Source: Chrysomallon squamiferum (taxonomy: Eukaryota > Animalia > Mollusca). From it: DNA of 64,000 bases. The DNA lies in contig CM022675.1 in the NCBI GenBank assembly GCA_012295275.1, positions 10,602,001 through 10,666,000 of the forward strand, given 5' to 3'. The translations under genes and the position numbers were made by a program. Below, in pieces: positions 1 through 14,991 of the stretch. The notes under the pieces are model-generated. The model saw nothing but the letters and a program-made list of their open reading frames with translations, was not told the origin of the DNA and did no database searches. Within the stretch, counting starts at the first letter, position 1, and each line of letters opens with the position of its first letter.

Positions 1-304
1 GAGGACTGAAAGCGACTTTATGCACTGGAGTTCTCGCCAGCCATACAGATCTTGTCGAAGTGACGAGTGGAGAGGTATTGCCAATATTTGTGTGCTTTTG
101 TTCAGTTTTTTTTTTCTGAATAACAGGTATATGGGTTCCTGGACCATCTTGTGTGGTGCATTTTAAATTTTTTTCTTTTTCTTTTTTTGACTTCTTTCTT
201 TTTGTCTGGCAAATTAGGTTAAATCGTCACTCCATAGAGTTAACGTCGATTAGTTTGGTTTGTTGGATAATTTGTTGAATATATTTTTTTTAATTTTTTT
301 TGTT

Positions 305-592
305 CACACGTTAGTTAGAGCGCCTGTCTGAGGTATGATAGACCCTTCGATCAATTCTTTTACGTGCGTTTTATAGGACAATTTCCCGTACTAGATAGTG
401 CTCCGCGACAGTTTTCTCTAAAGCCCTGAATATATGTTTTACTTTCCATGGGATGGTGCATACAGATTATTCTTTGCTGAAAATGGATTTCTCGTTCTTG
501 CTAGAACGCCACAATAGTTTATTAAAACCCACAATGGACGTACAATCTATGGGAAGGTTAATATAAAATATACCTTACTGCTAATGAAAAAT
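305..592 (+). mobile_element. Degenerate tRNA-derived SINE remnant(s), Meta/MESC-core-like
   Basis: tRNA-like head (agttagagcgcctgtctgagg...ttcgatcaattc), then tgggatggtgcatacagattattctttgctg, and a second core copy atctatgggaaggttaatataaaatataccttactgctaatgaaaa. These resemble the Meta core (tgtgggatggtgcatataaaagatcccttgctgctaat) as I recall it; family assignment is from memory. Confidence 0.5.
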
Positions 593-1355
593 TTCTGATT
601 TCATCTTCGTTGTCTCTGTTATTCTTAACCAGATTTTCATAAATATTACATCGTTGACAAAAGATGTAAATAAAAACTTTCTCTTTCTTCATCTATAACT
701 AAATATGGCGAATATCGATTTTTTTTTTTTTGTAATACTGGCGTATCGGTTATCGAATGTACAGAGATCAATTTTATCGGAAATAGGTGAAATCATCAAA
801 AAAAAACCCTGTAATGATAAGTATTTAAAGTATCATTCATTTTTTATATACTTTTCACAGATCATAGGTCAAAGACTTCGACATCGAACTGAAGAACTCT
901 GTTCAATATGGAATAGGTAAGAAAACATCTTTAGTATACATTTTAACACAGAGAAGACAACACATACCACTGTGTTTTAATAACTTAGTCTTGTGACATC
1001 ACTGAGCATTATATTTGAATTACGCTTCAAATCAGAAAATGCTGAATTCCACGAAAATCTCTGGTATGTGGCGAGCTGCCAGAGAAATGTTTATTAAAAA
1101 TGATTTGTATTTCATTCTCGTTTTACTTGTTATTTGACAACAGTAGTTGCAGCAACGTAAGACTTCGTTTGATTGTAATAACAGTTAGAACGAGAAATAG
1201 TAGTAATCGTAATATAAAATTATCGTTATCTTCTAATCCAGTTACTTATCTCAGTATCTGGGAATTAAATAAATAAAAAATTTAAAAAAAATTAAAATTA
1301 AAAAATTAAAATTAAAAGTAAATTAAATTTAAAATGAATATATATATATATATAT

Positions 1356-1403
<48 letters not shown>

Positions 1404-1510
1404 TTAATTAATTTATTTATTTATAATTACTTCTATTTTACATTTTATCATGCGCACATACATATTTGTAAATAAATAAATAAATAAATAAAATAAATAA
1501 ATAAATAAAT

Positions 1511-1613
1511 AAGAAATGTTTTAGTTAATGATGCTTTCACACATTAGCAGCAAGGAACCTTTTGTTTGTACCTTCTCATAGACATCGAAGTACCTACCAC
1601 AGCCTTTCATAGT

Positions 1614-1644
<31 letters not shown>

Positions 1645-1672
1645 CTGGGTGGGACCAGAAATTCTCAATCTA
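1511..1672 (-). mobile_element. Degenerate SINE remnant of the same family, reverse orientation
   Basis: aagaaatgttttagttaatgatgc...ttagcagcaaggaaccttttgtttgtaccttctcatagaca...taccacagcctttca is the reverse complement of the core seen at 445-592, next to an (AAAT)n tail. Confidence 0.5.
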
Positions 1673-4019
1673 TTGAACGAAACAAACCTACAACCTGTAA
1701 TATAAAATACTAATAAATAAAAAAAATAAATAAATAAAAACACCACACACACGCATACAATACCTGTATCTTTAACACATACGCGGATTACGTTTCAAAA
1801 GCAATTTCATGATACTTCCCCAATTGTTCATTCATGCGTGAACTTGTAAAAAAAAAAAAAAATATATATATAAACATAACTTTACGATTTCACACTTGTT
1901 CGCAATTTGACGATCAAAAACATCAAAGTATTAGTTCCACGCCAGTGGGCACCGTTGTATGGCAAAGGTAATAAAAATATATTATTATTATTATTATTGT
2001 TGCCTCACAACAAACCAAATTAGACCATTACCGCTTTCGGGGTGATCTCGACAATGCGTCGTTGAATGCCGCCATTATCGTAAAACACGGCACGACAGCG
2101 ATGACGGTTAAAGGTGTGTGGAAGGAAATAAAAATCGTCGCCGTTGTCGTCGTTGTTATTATTTTTTTAAACTAATTTTTTTTTTTAATTCAAAGGAAAT
2201 GAAATGGAACTATTTTATTTTTTATTTTTATTTTTTTAAAGATGGAAAAGAGTGTGGTGGTGTAGTTGTTGTTGTAGTAGTAGTAGTAGTAGTAGTTTGG
2301 AGTGTTGTTAATAGTAGTAATACAGGTGGGAAGTAATAGTATTAATAACTGATGTGTTAGTAGTTATAGTAGCAATAGCAGTGGTAGTAGTAGTAGCAGT
2401 AGCAGCAGCAGCAGTTGTAAAAATAATAATAGCTGTAGTAGTAGCTGCAGTAGTAACTAGTTATAGTTGTGTTGTAGCAATAGTAGTGGTAATCGAAATA
2501 ATATAAGAACTAGTAGTACTAGTAGTAATAGTGACAGTAGTAGTAATAATAGTATAAATAAGGTATAGTCGTAGTAACGATAGCAGTATGAATAATTGAT
2601 GTAGTGGTAGTATTTAAAATAGTACAACTAATATACATATATATATGTATATGTAGTGGTAGTAGTAAAAGGTTGTAGTGTTGGTGACTGTTGTTGTAAT
2701 AACAATAGTAGTAGTAGACGTTCTAGTAGTTGTTGTAGTGCTGGCAGTATTTGTAGCTGTTGTCGCTTTGTACATAGTATCAACAGCATTGTAGTAGCAT
2801 TTTATTTTGTAGACATTTAATCTCATATATTTATCATTTTAAAAAAAGCCTGGACACAAAAATTATTTAAAGATTTTCAAAACCGCTAAATTTATTAAAT
2901 AACAAAACAGATTTAAAAAAAAAAAAATTCTCACTTTTTTGAATGAACGATGATTAATTTTTAATGCTAATGAAATTCAGATAGATCAACCGACATCTTC
3001 AGACTGTCGGATCGACACGTGCTTTGCACGTGCTGAATGTGTCTGCGTCACCCGCATTGGTTAGCCACGCACACAGTCAGCAGACGTCGTGACTGTGTCT
3101 GGAACTGTCGACTTTCACGAATGTTGACGTGAAATGTACATCTCAGAAATAAAGAAGACTGAAATAAATATGCATGAGTAATTATATACAGGTAATGTTG
3201 GGAACCCATGAGGAATAATTATATGTGTGTGCGTGCGTGTGTGTGTTTGTGTGTGTAAAAATATATATATATATATATATACACAGATAGATAAAATGAT
3301 CTAATATTGGTATTTATTTATTTATTTATTTATTTATATAATAAAATGTGAGTTTTGAAATAATATTATATATATAATACTACACTACTTTAAAAGCCAC
3401 GTTTTTTTGAGAAATGTTTTAATTCCGTGTGTATTATAAGGTAGGGTGGATTCAGAAATGGAGAGCAGACTGCAATAGCGTCAGAAATAAATAAATTTTA
3501 GATTTCTTTGTCCTCCATAAAGGCAAAATGTTTGAAGGACTTTTCAAAGAAACAAACATTAGTAATAGTTGTATTATCTAGCGACTCGCATAATACCAAG
3601 AATTAATTAAAGTGGCAAAATTATTTTAAATAATTATGAAAGTTTAACATACAAGAAAACAGTATTACATTTATTTTAACAATTCTGATGTAACTGAAAA
3701 AGAATGAAGTGATTCTTGGAAACTTACCACAACACAAATCCGCTTTCCTTTAAGGCTATCTGACGTCATAATGCAATTGTGACGTAATTAGCCTTACATA
3801 TATATACGTTTTATGTATTTGTGTGTGTGTGTGTGTGTGTGTAAGATACTAAATCGTTAATTTATGTATATATACAAATGTGCGATTCCTTAGAACAGAT
3901 ACAACACAAATAACTACGAAGAAGATTCTCTCAGTATCAAAGTTAAAAACTGTGTTTACTATACTAACATGTGGCAAACACACTTCTGACACAGTAGCTT
4001 TATTTCGTAATTAGTGAGT

Positions 4020-4330
4020 ATTATCCAGTAATTAGCATCAATTAATGATTTATGATCGCGGCCAGTAACTTCAAGGAACAGTGGGGGGTCGAACCCGCCA
4101 TCCCCTAAGCGATCAAGGCCGTGTCACGCTACCAGGGTCGTCAGCTACCAAGTTCACGTTACCAAGGATTCATGTCACGCGACCAACGGGAACTTATTAC
4201 GCGGAACATCTGGCATAAATTAAGACTCGTCAGCCAATGGGGATCGTTTCCACCGCGAGCCATTGTTCCCGCCTAGAAAATGCCCGATTGCGTAACGTCA
4301 ATCAAACTCAATTGGCCAATGAATTTGAAG
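4020..4330. promoter_or_regulatory. CCAAT-rich island with Pbx/Hox motifs
   Basis: CCAAT at 4234, ATTGGCCAAT at 4311-4320, GTCAATCA at 4297-4304, TGATTTATGA near 4046, several TAAT cores. Confidence 0.3.
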
Positions 4331-4806
4331 CATTCCTCGGAGTTAAAGGCTTACGCCTCTCTCTCGTTCTCTGATGTAATAACAGTTGCTGTTGCGAATT
4401 ATTCGCATTGTTTCGTTACAGTAACAAAACCGACTTTGCGTTATTAGATTATCCGACGCTGTGTGTGTTCTCGTGTGCATTTGTCAGTCTGTGTGTCTGT
4501 GTGTCTGTGTGTGTGTCTGCTTACAATAGCAAAATGGACTTTTAGTTATAAAATTGGCGTGTATTTGCATGCATATGTACATGTATGTATACACTGATAT
4601 TTACGCATATTACGTTATGTATGTATGTATGTGTGTGTATGTATATATGTATGTACGTATGTGTATCTGTATGTATGTATGTATATCTGTATGTATGTAT
4701 GTATATTTGTATGTATGCATATATGTGTATATAAACACACACACAGACACATATTTGTGTGTATGTGTGTATGTATGTATATATATGTGTGCGTGTGTAT
4801 ATGTGG

Positions 4807-4863
<57 letters not shown>

Positions 4864-5699
4864 TATATATATACTTGTTGTTGTTGTGTAGTATTAATCG
4901 CATCATATTACGAGTACCAATAAAACTACTGGTATTTGTACCAGTAGTAAAAGTGATAGCAACAGTAGCAGTAATACCGATGCTATTATAATGCTTTTCA
5001 AAAACAGAACCATAAATAAATCAAAATAATGAAACAATAACATAAAATAAAACATAATGAAGTAGATAAAATAGACGAACCAGACAAATAAATATTTAAA
5101 TAAATAAATAAATAAGTAAATAAAGACAAAATAAAAATAAAAAAATAAATAAAAAATCTCATTTTCCAGCTGGATTGAAAACAAATCCCAGGTTTTTAAA
5201 CTGCGCGGTTTCGGGTTGCAACTAGAAAGAGTATCGAGTTGCTTATTAAAAACAACTGTTCTGTAATGTGTAACGTGATGTCTGTGAATTACCCGACTGG
5301 CCAAGCTCCATTTTGTCACTTAACTAATTAAACCGGTGTCAGTTTCTAATGTTTCCGTTATTCACCGGTAAGCGAGCTGAATACAGGTAGCTTGCATTTC
5401 AGCGTCAGGGTCCACATCCCCCAGGGTCGGGTAGGTTCTGAGATCGATTCCCCTCGGTGTGGCTGTCTGTAGGGTGTGTTCCGTGATTGTCAGTATTAAA
5501 ATAGTGAATTGTTCCTGTTGATTATGTTATCGTTTTGATCCATTTTCGTCGTTGTTGTTGCTATATAATAATAATAATAATAATAATAGTAAAAATAATT
5601 ATTATTATTGGTATAATTATTGCTGTTGTTGTTGTTGTTGTTACTGTTGTTGTTCTTGCTACTGTGGTTATATAATAATAATAATAACTTCAAAAAAAG

Positions 5700-6250
<551 letters not shown>

Positions 6251-6818
6251 AAAATTCGCCCGTGTTACGCAGCCAATGCCTTTCTGCGCGACCCTCCCGA
6301 ATCATCGATCTGCAGAGTGAAACGTACACTGAAATTTACAACGTTCCATCGCCACTGAGTGCGCCCGCTCGCAATTACCTGTAACGACAGAATGCTTTTT
6401 CCCTCGTGTATTTTTCAATTGAGCTTTGATTTCAGCGGACAGGCTGCTCCATAAATTACCGCGAGGCAGGAAATCGGCATTACGAATTTGGCATTAATGA
6501 CGGCAGAGTCGGATGTTATTAAAACTGGGGTATTTACATGTAGAAATTTATCATTGCATGTGTCGATAACAACAAAGGTGAAATTCTATACGTATATGGT
6601 CGTGATCGGTGGAACAAGCTACCCGCTGCCTACATTATAATATCGATCTTTTTGATGTCGTCACAGCGAGAGAAAACGATTTTTTTTTTTTTTTAAAAGT
6701 AAAAAAGAAAAAAATAAAAGTAAAAAAAGAAAATAAAAATAAAAAATCGTGTGTTTGGAGTTGGGTTTAGAGAACGTCAAAAATTTCATTGACCTGTTTT
6801 GATTAAAGGATTTCTATC

Positions 6819-6856
<38 letters not shown>

Positions 6857-7038
6857 CTTTGTTCCGTTTTCTATTCTTCTTCTTCTTCTTCTTCTTCTTT
6901 CTCTCACTCTCGTCTCATATTAGTTAAATTCCAGTGTCAACTGATTTGCATGTGATATATATCAGCTAAGAAAGGAATGATTCCAAATTAAATAATTTCA
7001 TATAATTATAAACATTGTATATGTATGTTTGTATATAT

Positions 7039-7105
<67 letters not shown>

Positions 7106-8239
7106 CATGATCTTGCCTAACTTGATTTTTTCAGAATTTATTTCTATTTACACTCACATAGCAAGTTGTTACTTGCGTACTTTAGCAATCATTCAGTTCT
7201 TTCTTCCTTTCTTCCTTTTTTCCTTTCTTTCTTTCTTTCTTTCTTTCTTCCTTTCTTTCTTTCTTTCTTTCTTTATCCATTCTGATAACGAATAAAAAAT
7301 TTTTTTTTTTTTTTTTATATTTTTCTTAGATGTTGTAAGGTTGGATTCTGAAACGAATAAATAAACTGTTGGCTGGGTCACACAGACAGACAGAAAGACA
7401 GACAGTCAAACGGACGAATGAATAAATAGAAGAGAAAAATATGTCAGAAAAGTGGTAAAGAAATCAAAGTGATGAAATATATAAAAAAAAAAATTGTATA
7501 ATTTGTTGTAATCTGTCATGAAATGAACCAGTAAAGAATAATTTAAATAAGTAATAATAATAATATTAAAAAAAAGAAAGAAAGAAAGAAAGAAAGAAAG
7601 AAGAAAAATCGACTGAATTCATGAAAATAACAAAAGAGAGAAAATTAAGAACTAAAAAAATAAAACAAACAAACAAAAGAAAATCATCGTTTCTCAAATA
7701 AATTATTCATCAATAAATAAATAAGTAAAAAAAAAAAATGAATGAATATTAAACCAAAAATATAATAAAAAGTATATAAATATGTAAACAAATCGTATAT
7801 TATGTGTATATGTGTAAGTGTTTGTATGTGTACGTGATTACTAACACATACAAGACGCAAATAAATAAATAAATAAAATCATAGAAAATAAAATAAAATT
7901 GAAACAAATTAAATTAGAAACATATAATAAAAACAAGAGAAAAAAATAACGAATATATAAATATATATATATATATATAACAAAAATTAAATTAAATAAA
8001 AATAAATCAAACAAACAAAAAAAAAAAAAAACCCCTAAAAATAATAAAAAAAAAAAAGAAGAAAAGAATCATTAAGTCTAGAAAAAAAAATTAAATTAAA
8101 AAAAAAAAAAAAAAAAAATTAAACAAAATAAAAAAAAAAAAAAAAAAAAACAATTCAGACCTATTGGGATTCGATCCCACAACATCATTTCATTCGCGTT
8201 TTTTTTATTGTTATTTTTTTTTTCTGTTCTTTTCTTCGA

Positions 8240-8670
8240 CATCTCGGGAGATCACGCCTCCTCTAATTGGCCGCGTGGAAGAATTTTGTCGACGCTGGCG
8301 ACGTAGTATTCCGTTCGGGAATTCCACCCTGTTCTTGATAAACCATCAATCAAAGCGTCTGACGTCGAGCTGGGAAACCCGGGGATGAACGAAGATTGCT
8401 ATTTCGTCCCCAGCGATTTGCGTTAGATCTTCAAATCAATGAGATTAAACTTATATCCCAGCTCGGCGGCTGGGCACTTTAAGGTCAGTGGGAGCGGTGA
8501 ATTGGTGGCCATCTCTGCCTCAGACAGTCTTTGAACAGCAGCAAAAAGAATATATTTTGCCACCCCATTTATCATATGCGTGTCGGAGCCTCCGAGTTTA
8601 ATACTTTAATTTTTGTGATCGATATCGTGGGGCTACAATGTGTCAAAGTGCGATCGAGATAGCGCGTCGA
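8240..8670. promoter_or_regulatory. Candidate enhancer island with Pbx/Exd-Hox sites
   Basis: CCATCAATCA (= TGATTGATGG) at 8343-8352, CATTTATCA (= TGATAAATG) near 8566, TGACGTC, and GGGAATTCC / GGGAAACCC. The island is CpG-rich and lies amid A-rich tracts. Confidence 0.4.
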
Positions 8671-9583
8671 TTTTTTTTTTTTTTTTTTGATTTTTTTTGA
8701 TTTTTTTTGATTTTTTTTTTTATAAAATTGTGGAAAAACGAAAAAGATGAACAGTGAAACGAAAGAAGAAAATAAAGATTGTCCACTAAAGAAGAAAAAA
8801 AGAATATAAAAGGGAGGGAAAAAAAAAGGAGAAGGATTTGGAGAAAAAGAATGTTTGTTGTTTTTTTTTAAATTAGTTTTATTCGTTTGTTGTTTACGTT
8901 TTGTTTCTTTTGAGTTATTAATATGAATTTTTGTACGGTTGTTAAATTTTTTTTATTGTTAGTTAAAGTTGTATTATCCTCTGAAATTTCTAATATTTTT
9001 TGCTTATCTCTTATGAAAAGGTTTTCTGCATATTTCAAACTTTTTATATGCTTTTTTATTCAACGACATTTCGATTTGTTTGTTTGTTATTTTCTCAACT
9101 ATTCCTTTATCACTCATTCTTTCTTTCTTTCTTTCTTGTTTGTTATTTTCTTTCTTACTGTTTTTTTTATTCCTTCGTTTTCTTTCCATCTTTTTAGATT
9201 TTTCAAATTCATTCAGTAATTTAAAATTTAGATCGATAACTTAAAGAAAACCACAAACACAATAATAAATAATAATAAAGATTTATTTCGTATTTAAGTT
9301 TCAGTGATTTATCAAAATTTATCAGTGATTTATCATTACAGTTATATATATATGTAAGTGTAATGATAATTTTATACAGTGGAAGCGAGAAAGTGAGAGA
9401 TAGATAATGTGCTATTTATCATAGGATCGGTTTCTTTTATTACATTGGTAGTCTTTTTCATCAGTTAATATACACGCACACGCACACACATATTTTACAC
9501 ATTGATTAACGGATAATCATAATTTAAGACAAATGAAATAATAATAATAAATAATAAAAAATAAAAATAAAAAAAAAAAAAAA

Positions 9584-9635
<52 letters not shown>

Positions 9636-10501
9636 CAACAATAAATAATAAATAATAAATAATAAAAAAAAAAAAATAAATAAATAAAAAAATGTTTTAA
9701 ATAGTTGTAACAGTCGTGGAAATGTTTAATTCACAGAGAAGTCTGATAGAAACCTACGTTAACGTTCCCACAATGCGTGAACGCAACATATGTCAGTTTT
9801 TTACCTTCATCATTCGAGTGTTAAGTTCGCTTCAAGGTAAATCTGCGTTTATGTCATTGATGTTTGAAATGTTCAATATCGTTCTTTCCATCGTGGAGCA
9901 AGTCGATTTCTCAAACGCTGCGTGCGGTCGTATATAAAGGCTATTTTAACGTGCGTTCTTTTCTTCTTTTCTTTTATTTATTTATATATTTTTTTTAAAT
10001 TTTCGTTACGCTTAAATGTGCATAATAGCCTCCCCCCCAAACACGTGCATAACGTTTTGCCCGCCCTGTAAGCAACCGTGAAACATGAAAGCATAATTGG
10101 AAAAAAAAAAAAAAAAAAAAAAAAAAATTAAAAAAAAAAAAAAAACCCATAAATATTGCCATATATCGTTTTGAAAAACTTCGTCTTTCTTTTTAATTAT
10201 TATTATTATTATTATTATTATTATTTTTTTTTTTTTTTTTTTTAGGGAGAGATCAGTTTCCCTTCTTTAATTTTTCCAATTTATCTGCATCGCGAGAGAA
10301 ACAGAATCTTATTTTGCTTTTTATTTTGATGTATTTCAAAGCCAGGTAATACATATTAAGACGCTTGGGTAAATACATTGAGCTGCTCAGAACTGAAGTT
10401 ACATTTCATAAATTTTCGTTAATAAAAAAACCCTGTGAAAATCAAATCTTCACAAGAAAGATGCATACATTAAAGTGTCTGTGAAGCGTAAAAATAGGTC
10501 A

Positions 10502-10578
<77 letters not shown>

Positions 10579-10675
10579 GTCTGTCTGTCTGTGTGTCTGT
10601 CTGTCTATCTATCTATCTGTCTGTCTGTCTATCTATCTGTCTGTCTGTCTGTCTATCTATCTATTTATCCATCTA

Positions 10676-10724
<49 letters not shown>

Positions 10725-10777
10725 ATCTCTCTCTCTATAATATATATATCTCTCTCTCTCTCTCTCTCAAACAAACC

Positions 10778-10808
<31 letters not shown>

Positions 10809-12509
10809 CTATCTATCCTATCTATCTATAATATATAAAGAATGAAAAAAAAAAGGAAAGAAAGACACAAACAAACAAAGAAATAACCATATATACAGTC
10901 ATACACGCATAAAATATATATATACATGTATACATATAAATGTACATAGGTACAGATACAAACACACTTGTATACAAATTTGTACATATAAATTGTAAAT
11001 AAATATATTGACTGTCTGTCTGTTTGTCGGTCTCTCTGTCTGTCTAAGTAAATAAAAATCCTAATGCAATACTTCAAAAATTACTATTAGTCAGCATATG
11101 CAAAAATAAAAAAAAATAAAATAAAAATAATAAAAAATTGCGCTATTGTTGCATAAATGTATGCTGAGTCATTTTTGTATGGCTGAATTTATATATATAT
11201 ATATAAATATATAAATATATATATTTATATCTAAATTTGTGACCTAGCTTTTCTTTTAATGGAAAAAATTAATATTAATTTTAAAATTATTTAAATTTTA
11301 TTCATTAAAATGTATTTCGCGTTCGTGACTATTTAGCTTGGTAAAATAGGTTCACCCACACACAAACAAACGCCCGCATATAAATCTATGTATTTATAGC
11401 TGTCTATCCATACATCTATTCATTCTTAATTTATCTTCTCTCTGTCTGTCTGTGTGTCTCTCTATATTTCTTTCTTCGATTTAGTTCAATCGTTAATTCA
11501 TTTATTTGATCTTTCATTCATTAATTAATTAATTTAATAATTAATCATAATAAAAATAATAATAATAACAACAAAAAACAACAATATAACAAGAACAAAA
11601 TAATAATATAACGAGAACAACAATAACAGTAATAATAATAATGATATCATATCTAAAATTAACGTCTCATTATTTGTAAAATATGTTAAACAACAACAAC
11701 AACAACAACAACAATAATAATAATAATACACTATAATAAACATACGGCATATCTAAAAATATACGTATTTGAATCATGTTAAACACGGCATGAACTAAAT
11801 AAATACACCAAAAATATTTTTTATCAAATAATAATTAATAAATCGTTTCATTCCGAATTACGAAAGAATATTTAAAAAAAAAAAAAAAAAAAAAATTATC
11901 ATCCCTTTCATCGATCGCTAAGGTAGAAAAATACACTTTTTAATATTTTCATTCTTTTCGGATTTGGGATAAAAATTGTTTCGATCCTATATATATATAT
12001 TTTTTTAAATTCTTTTATCTCGAACATCAGAATTTATCATGCAGACGATACTCGATTCGGACCTCGTCTACCTCTCAGTCCCCATTGTCGAAAATAATCT
12101 CTGAATTTTCATGGTCTCGTAACCAGCTTTCATCCCTCTCTGTGACAAACGTTGCAGGTCCGAAAGTGGCGAGATGGAATTATTGTATGAAAGTTAAATA
12201 ACATCTCGACATCGGCGGCCACATCAAAGATTCCTGAAATGGATTCATTAAGGAAAGAGACAATGTGGAGTCTGAACGTGAAAGAAAAACTGAAGGCGGC
12301 CGGCTGATTGGTTTCAGAGTTCCATTACGTTCCGTGCCTTTCTGTCGAAACTTACTGTGAGCCAAGGAAGAATGGGTGTTACGTCACGCGTTTTGTCCGT
12401 ACAATAACGACGTACGAATGGACAGGTGGAAGACACAAATCCTGAGTGTAGTGTGTCAGAATTTAGAATGGAATGTACACGTTGAATATATATAACAAAA
12501 ACGACAAAA

Positions 12510-12643
<134 letters not shown>

Positions 12644-13201
12644 CACACACTTACATTTGTATTTATACAATACACTCGCAGAGATCCTAACATAAATTTA
12701 TACATACACCCTAATACTCTCATATATAGTGACAAGACTGATATATAAACAGCCGTGTGTCTTATTTCCCTATCTACTTGCTTATCATCTTACGAAAAGG
12801 ATATCTATATATAAAATAACATAAACGATAATGATACTGATGATGACGAAGATGTTGATGAAGATGATGACGACGATGTCAAAATCGATAATGAAAGAGA
12901 AAGAGAGAAGTAAAAAAGTAAGAAATGGTATCTAAAAGAAGATCAAAACGATAAGACAGAGATAACTAGAAAAAAAGGAAAAATATAAGATAGAAAGATA
13001 AACACGAATAGACAAGTAACCAGAGGGACAGAAAGATAGATAAATGGATATATTGACAGAGATGTGGAAGAAGACAGATAGGTATATATACCCTTAGACA
13101 GAAAGACAGACATAGAGACAAATAGATAGATATATAGATAGACGAACAGATAGACTGTCTATCTGTCTGTCTGTATATATATATATATAAAGAAAATGAA
13201 T

Positions 13202-13293
<92 letters not shown>

Positions 13294-14251
13294 CACAAAG
13301 TAGACCAATAGGTGTAGAAATTAACAAGTACTTAAACAGAAGAGAAAGAAGACGGGGTCCTTGTCGAGTTTATTGAGCGTCTAACACAACGCGGCCAGTG
13401 GGAGGACTGCCACTTTCTCTGCTCCGAAGCGCGCTCTGCCGCGCGATTCCCGTGAAAAGGGTTAACGCCGAAGTTAAAAGCTTTTCTGTTCGCACCCAGC
13501 AGATTTCCAGTCCAGCGAGCGGGCGTTTCTGCCGCGGTGAGCACGCAGAAAGAGACACCTACACCTGTGCAGAATCCGAGTCGCTCGTAAATCGTTGATT
13601 TTTCACGCTCAAGTACGTGCGCAGAGCTGCAGACAGATTTGTTAGCATCGTTGTAAATATCACTTTTGATGAAGTGATAAATATCACGGATATTCTATTG
13701 GCGAAATGTTGTTTCTTTCAAGCACTTTTAGCTGCCTCGTTTTTCCTTATTCTTTCTTTTTTATTCTTCTTTTACCTTTTTTTTTTTTTTTTTTTTCTCT
13801 TACATTTTTTTTTTTTTTTTTTTTTTATTCTTTTTTATTATTTTTTTTTTTTTTTTTTGGAAAGTGTGAGGTGTAAACACGACCATTATTGAGTTTTACG
13901 ACATACGTTTTCTGTTAGACGTGTTAACTAGCCACGTGCGGTGTCTTCAAAGGATGTGTTCAAACACGTGAAGCACACATACAGATATGTATAAATAACT
14001 CGCGTATATAAATAGTGTCTTAATAGCGAAAATATTGATGTGTTAAACTATTTTAATATTTCGTTTTTTTTTCTTTAAAAAAAAAAAAAAAAAACATTAA
14101 AAAAACCCCACACATAAATAAATAAAATGAAAGCAGCAGGAAGTTGAACGTTCTTTTTTAATATTTAAAATCTAATGCTACAAATATACATTATAATACT
14201 TTAATAAATACATTGAAAGGGAGTGTGGGAAGGATTATATATTTATATATT

Positions 14252-14328
<77 letters not shown>

Positions 14329-14465
14329 ATTGATTGATTTCAGATAATTAAATTATATTATAAAGTTTAATTAACAGACAAAAAGCTTAGCTGAAGACAT
14401 AGATGGACAGATACAGGTAAAAAGAAAGAGACAAAGATCAAAAGACACTGGGAAATTAAAAAAAA

Positions 14466-14500
<35 letters not shown>

Positions 14501-14957
14501 ATATATAAAATCCTTTCTTTGTCTTCAACAACATTTGCGGCCAGTTGAATCAACTGTTTTGACTTAATCGGCAAACTCATAAAGAATACAAATGGTGGCA
14601 AAGGAACATTTGTATCTACTTTATTTGTATTTTATCTTTGAGTAATCCATTACTGAGCGAAATAAATGACCTAATCCTGTGACTGTATCCATTTAAAAGG
14701 GTGTAGAGTAACACAATACGTTAGACACTGTACAGAAACTGTATACGTCAAACAAAGCGTTTATGTTTTGAAGGAAAGAAATATTTACGAAGATCATAGG
14801 TTATGTTTGTTTTGTCGTAAATGTAGATTCCTGAAATGGATACAGAGAGACAACAGTGAATAAAAAAAAAAAAAAAAAAAATCTAGAAGACGAAAAGAAA
14901 GAAAACGTAACAAAACCAACAATAAAATAAAGAAAAAAGAAAGAAAAACTAGCACAT

Positions 14958-14991
<34 letters not shown>

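Noticed and set aside
1937-1954. Second CTCF-like site (ACGCCAGTGGGCAC)
   Set aside because: It has two mismatches to the core and no supporting motifs; too weak to call without a PWM scan.
4078-4146. tRNA gene on the minus strand (GGTTCGACCCC B-box-like; a similar motif lies at about 8166-8180)
   Set aside because: No cloverleaf can be formed because the T-stem and acceptor stem do not pair; at most a SINE-head remnant.
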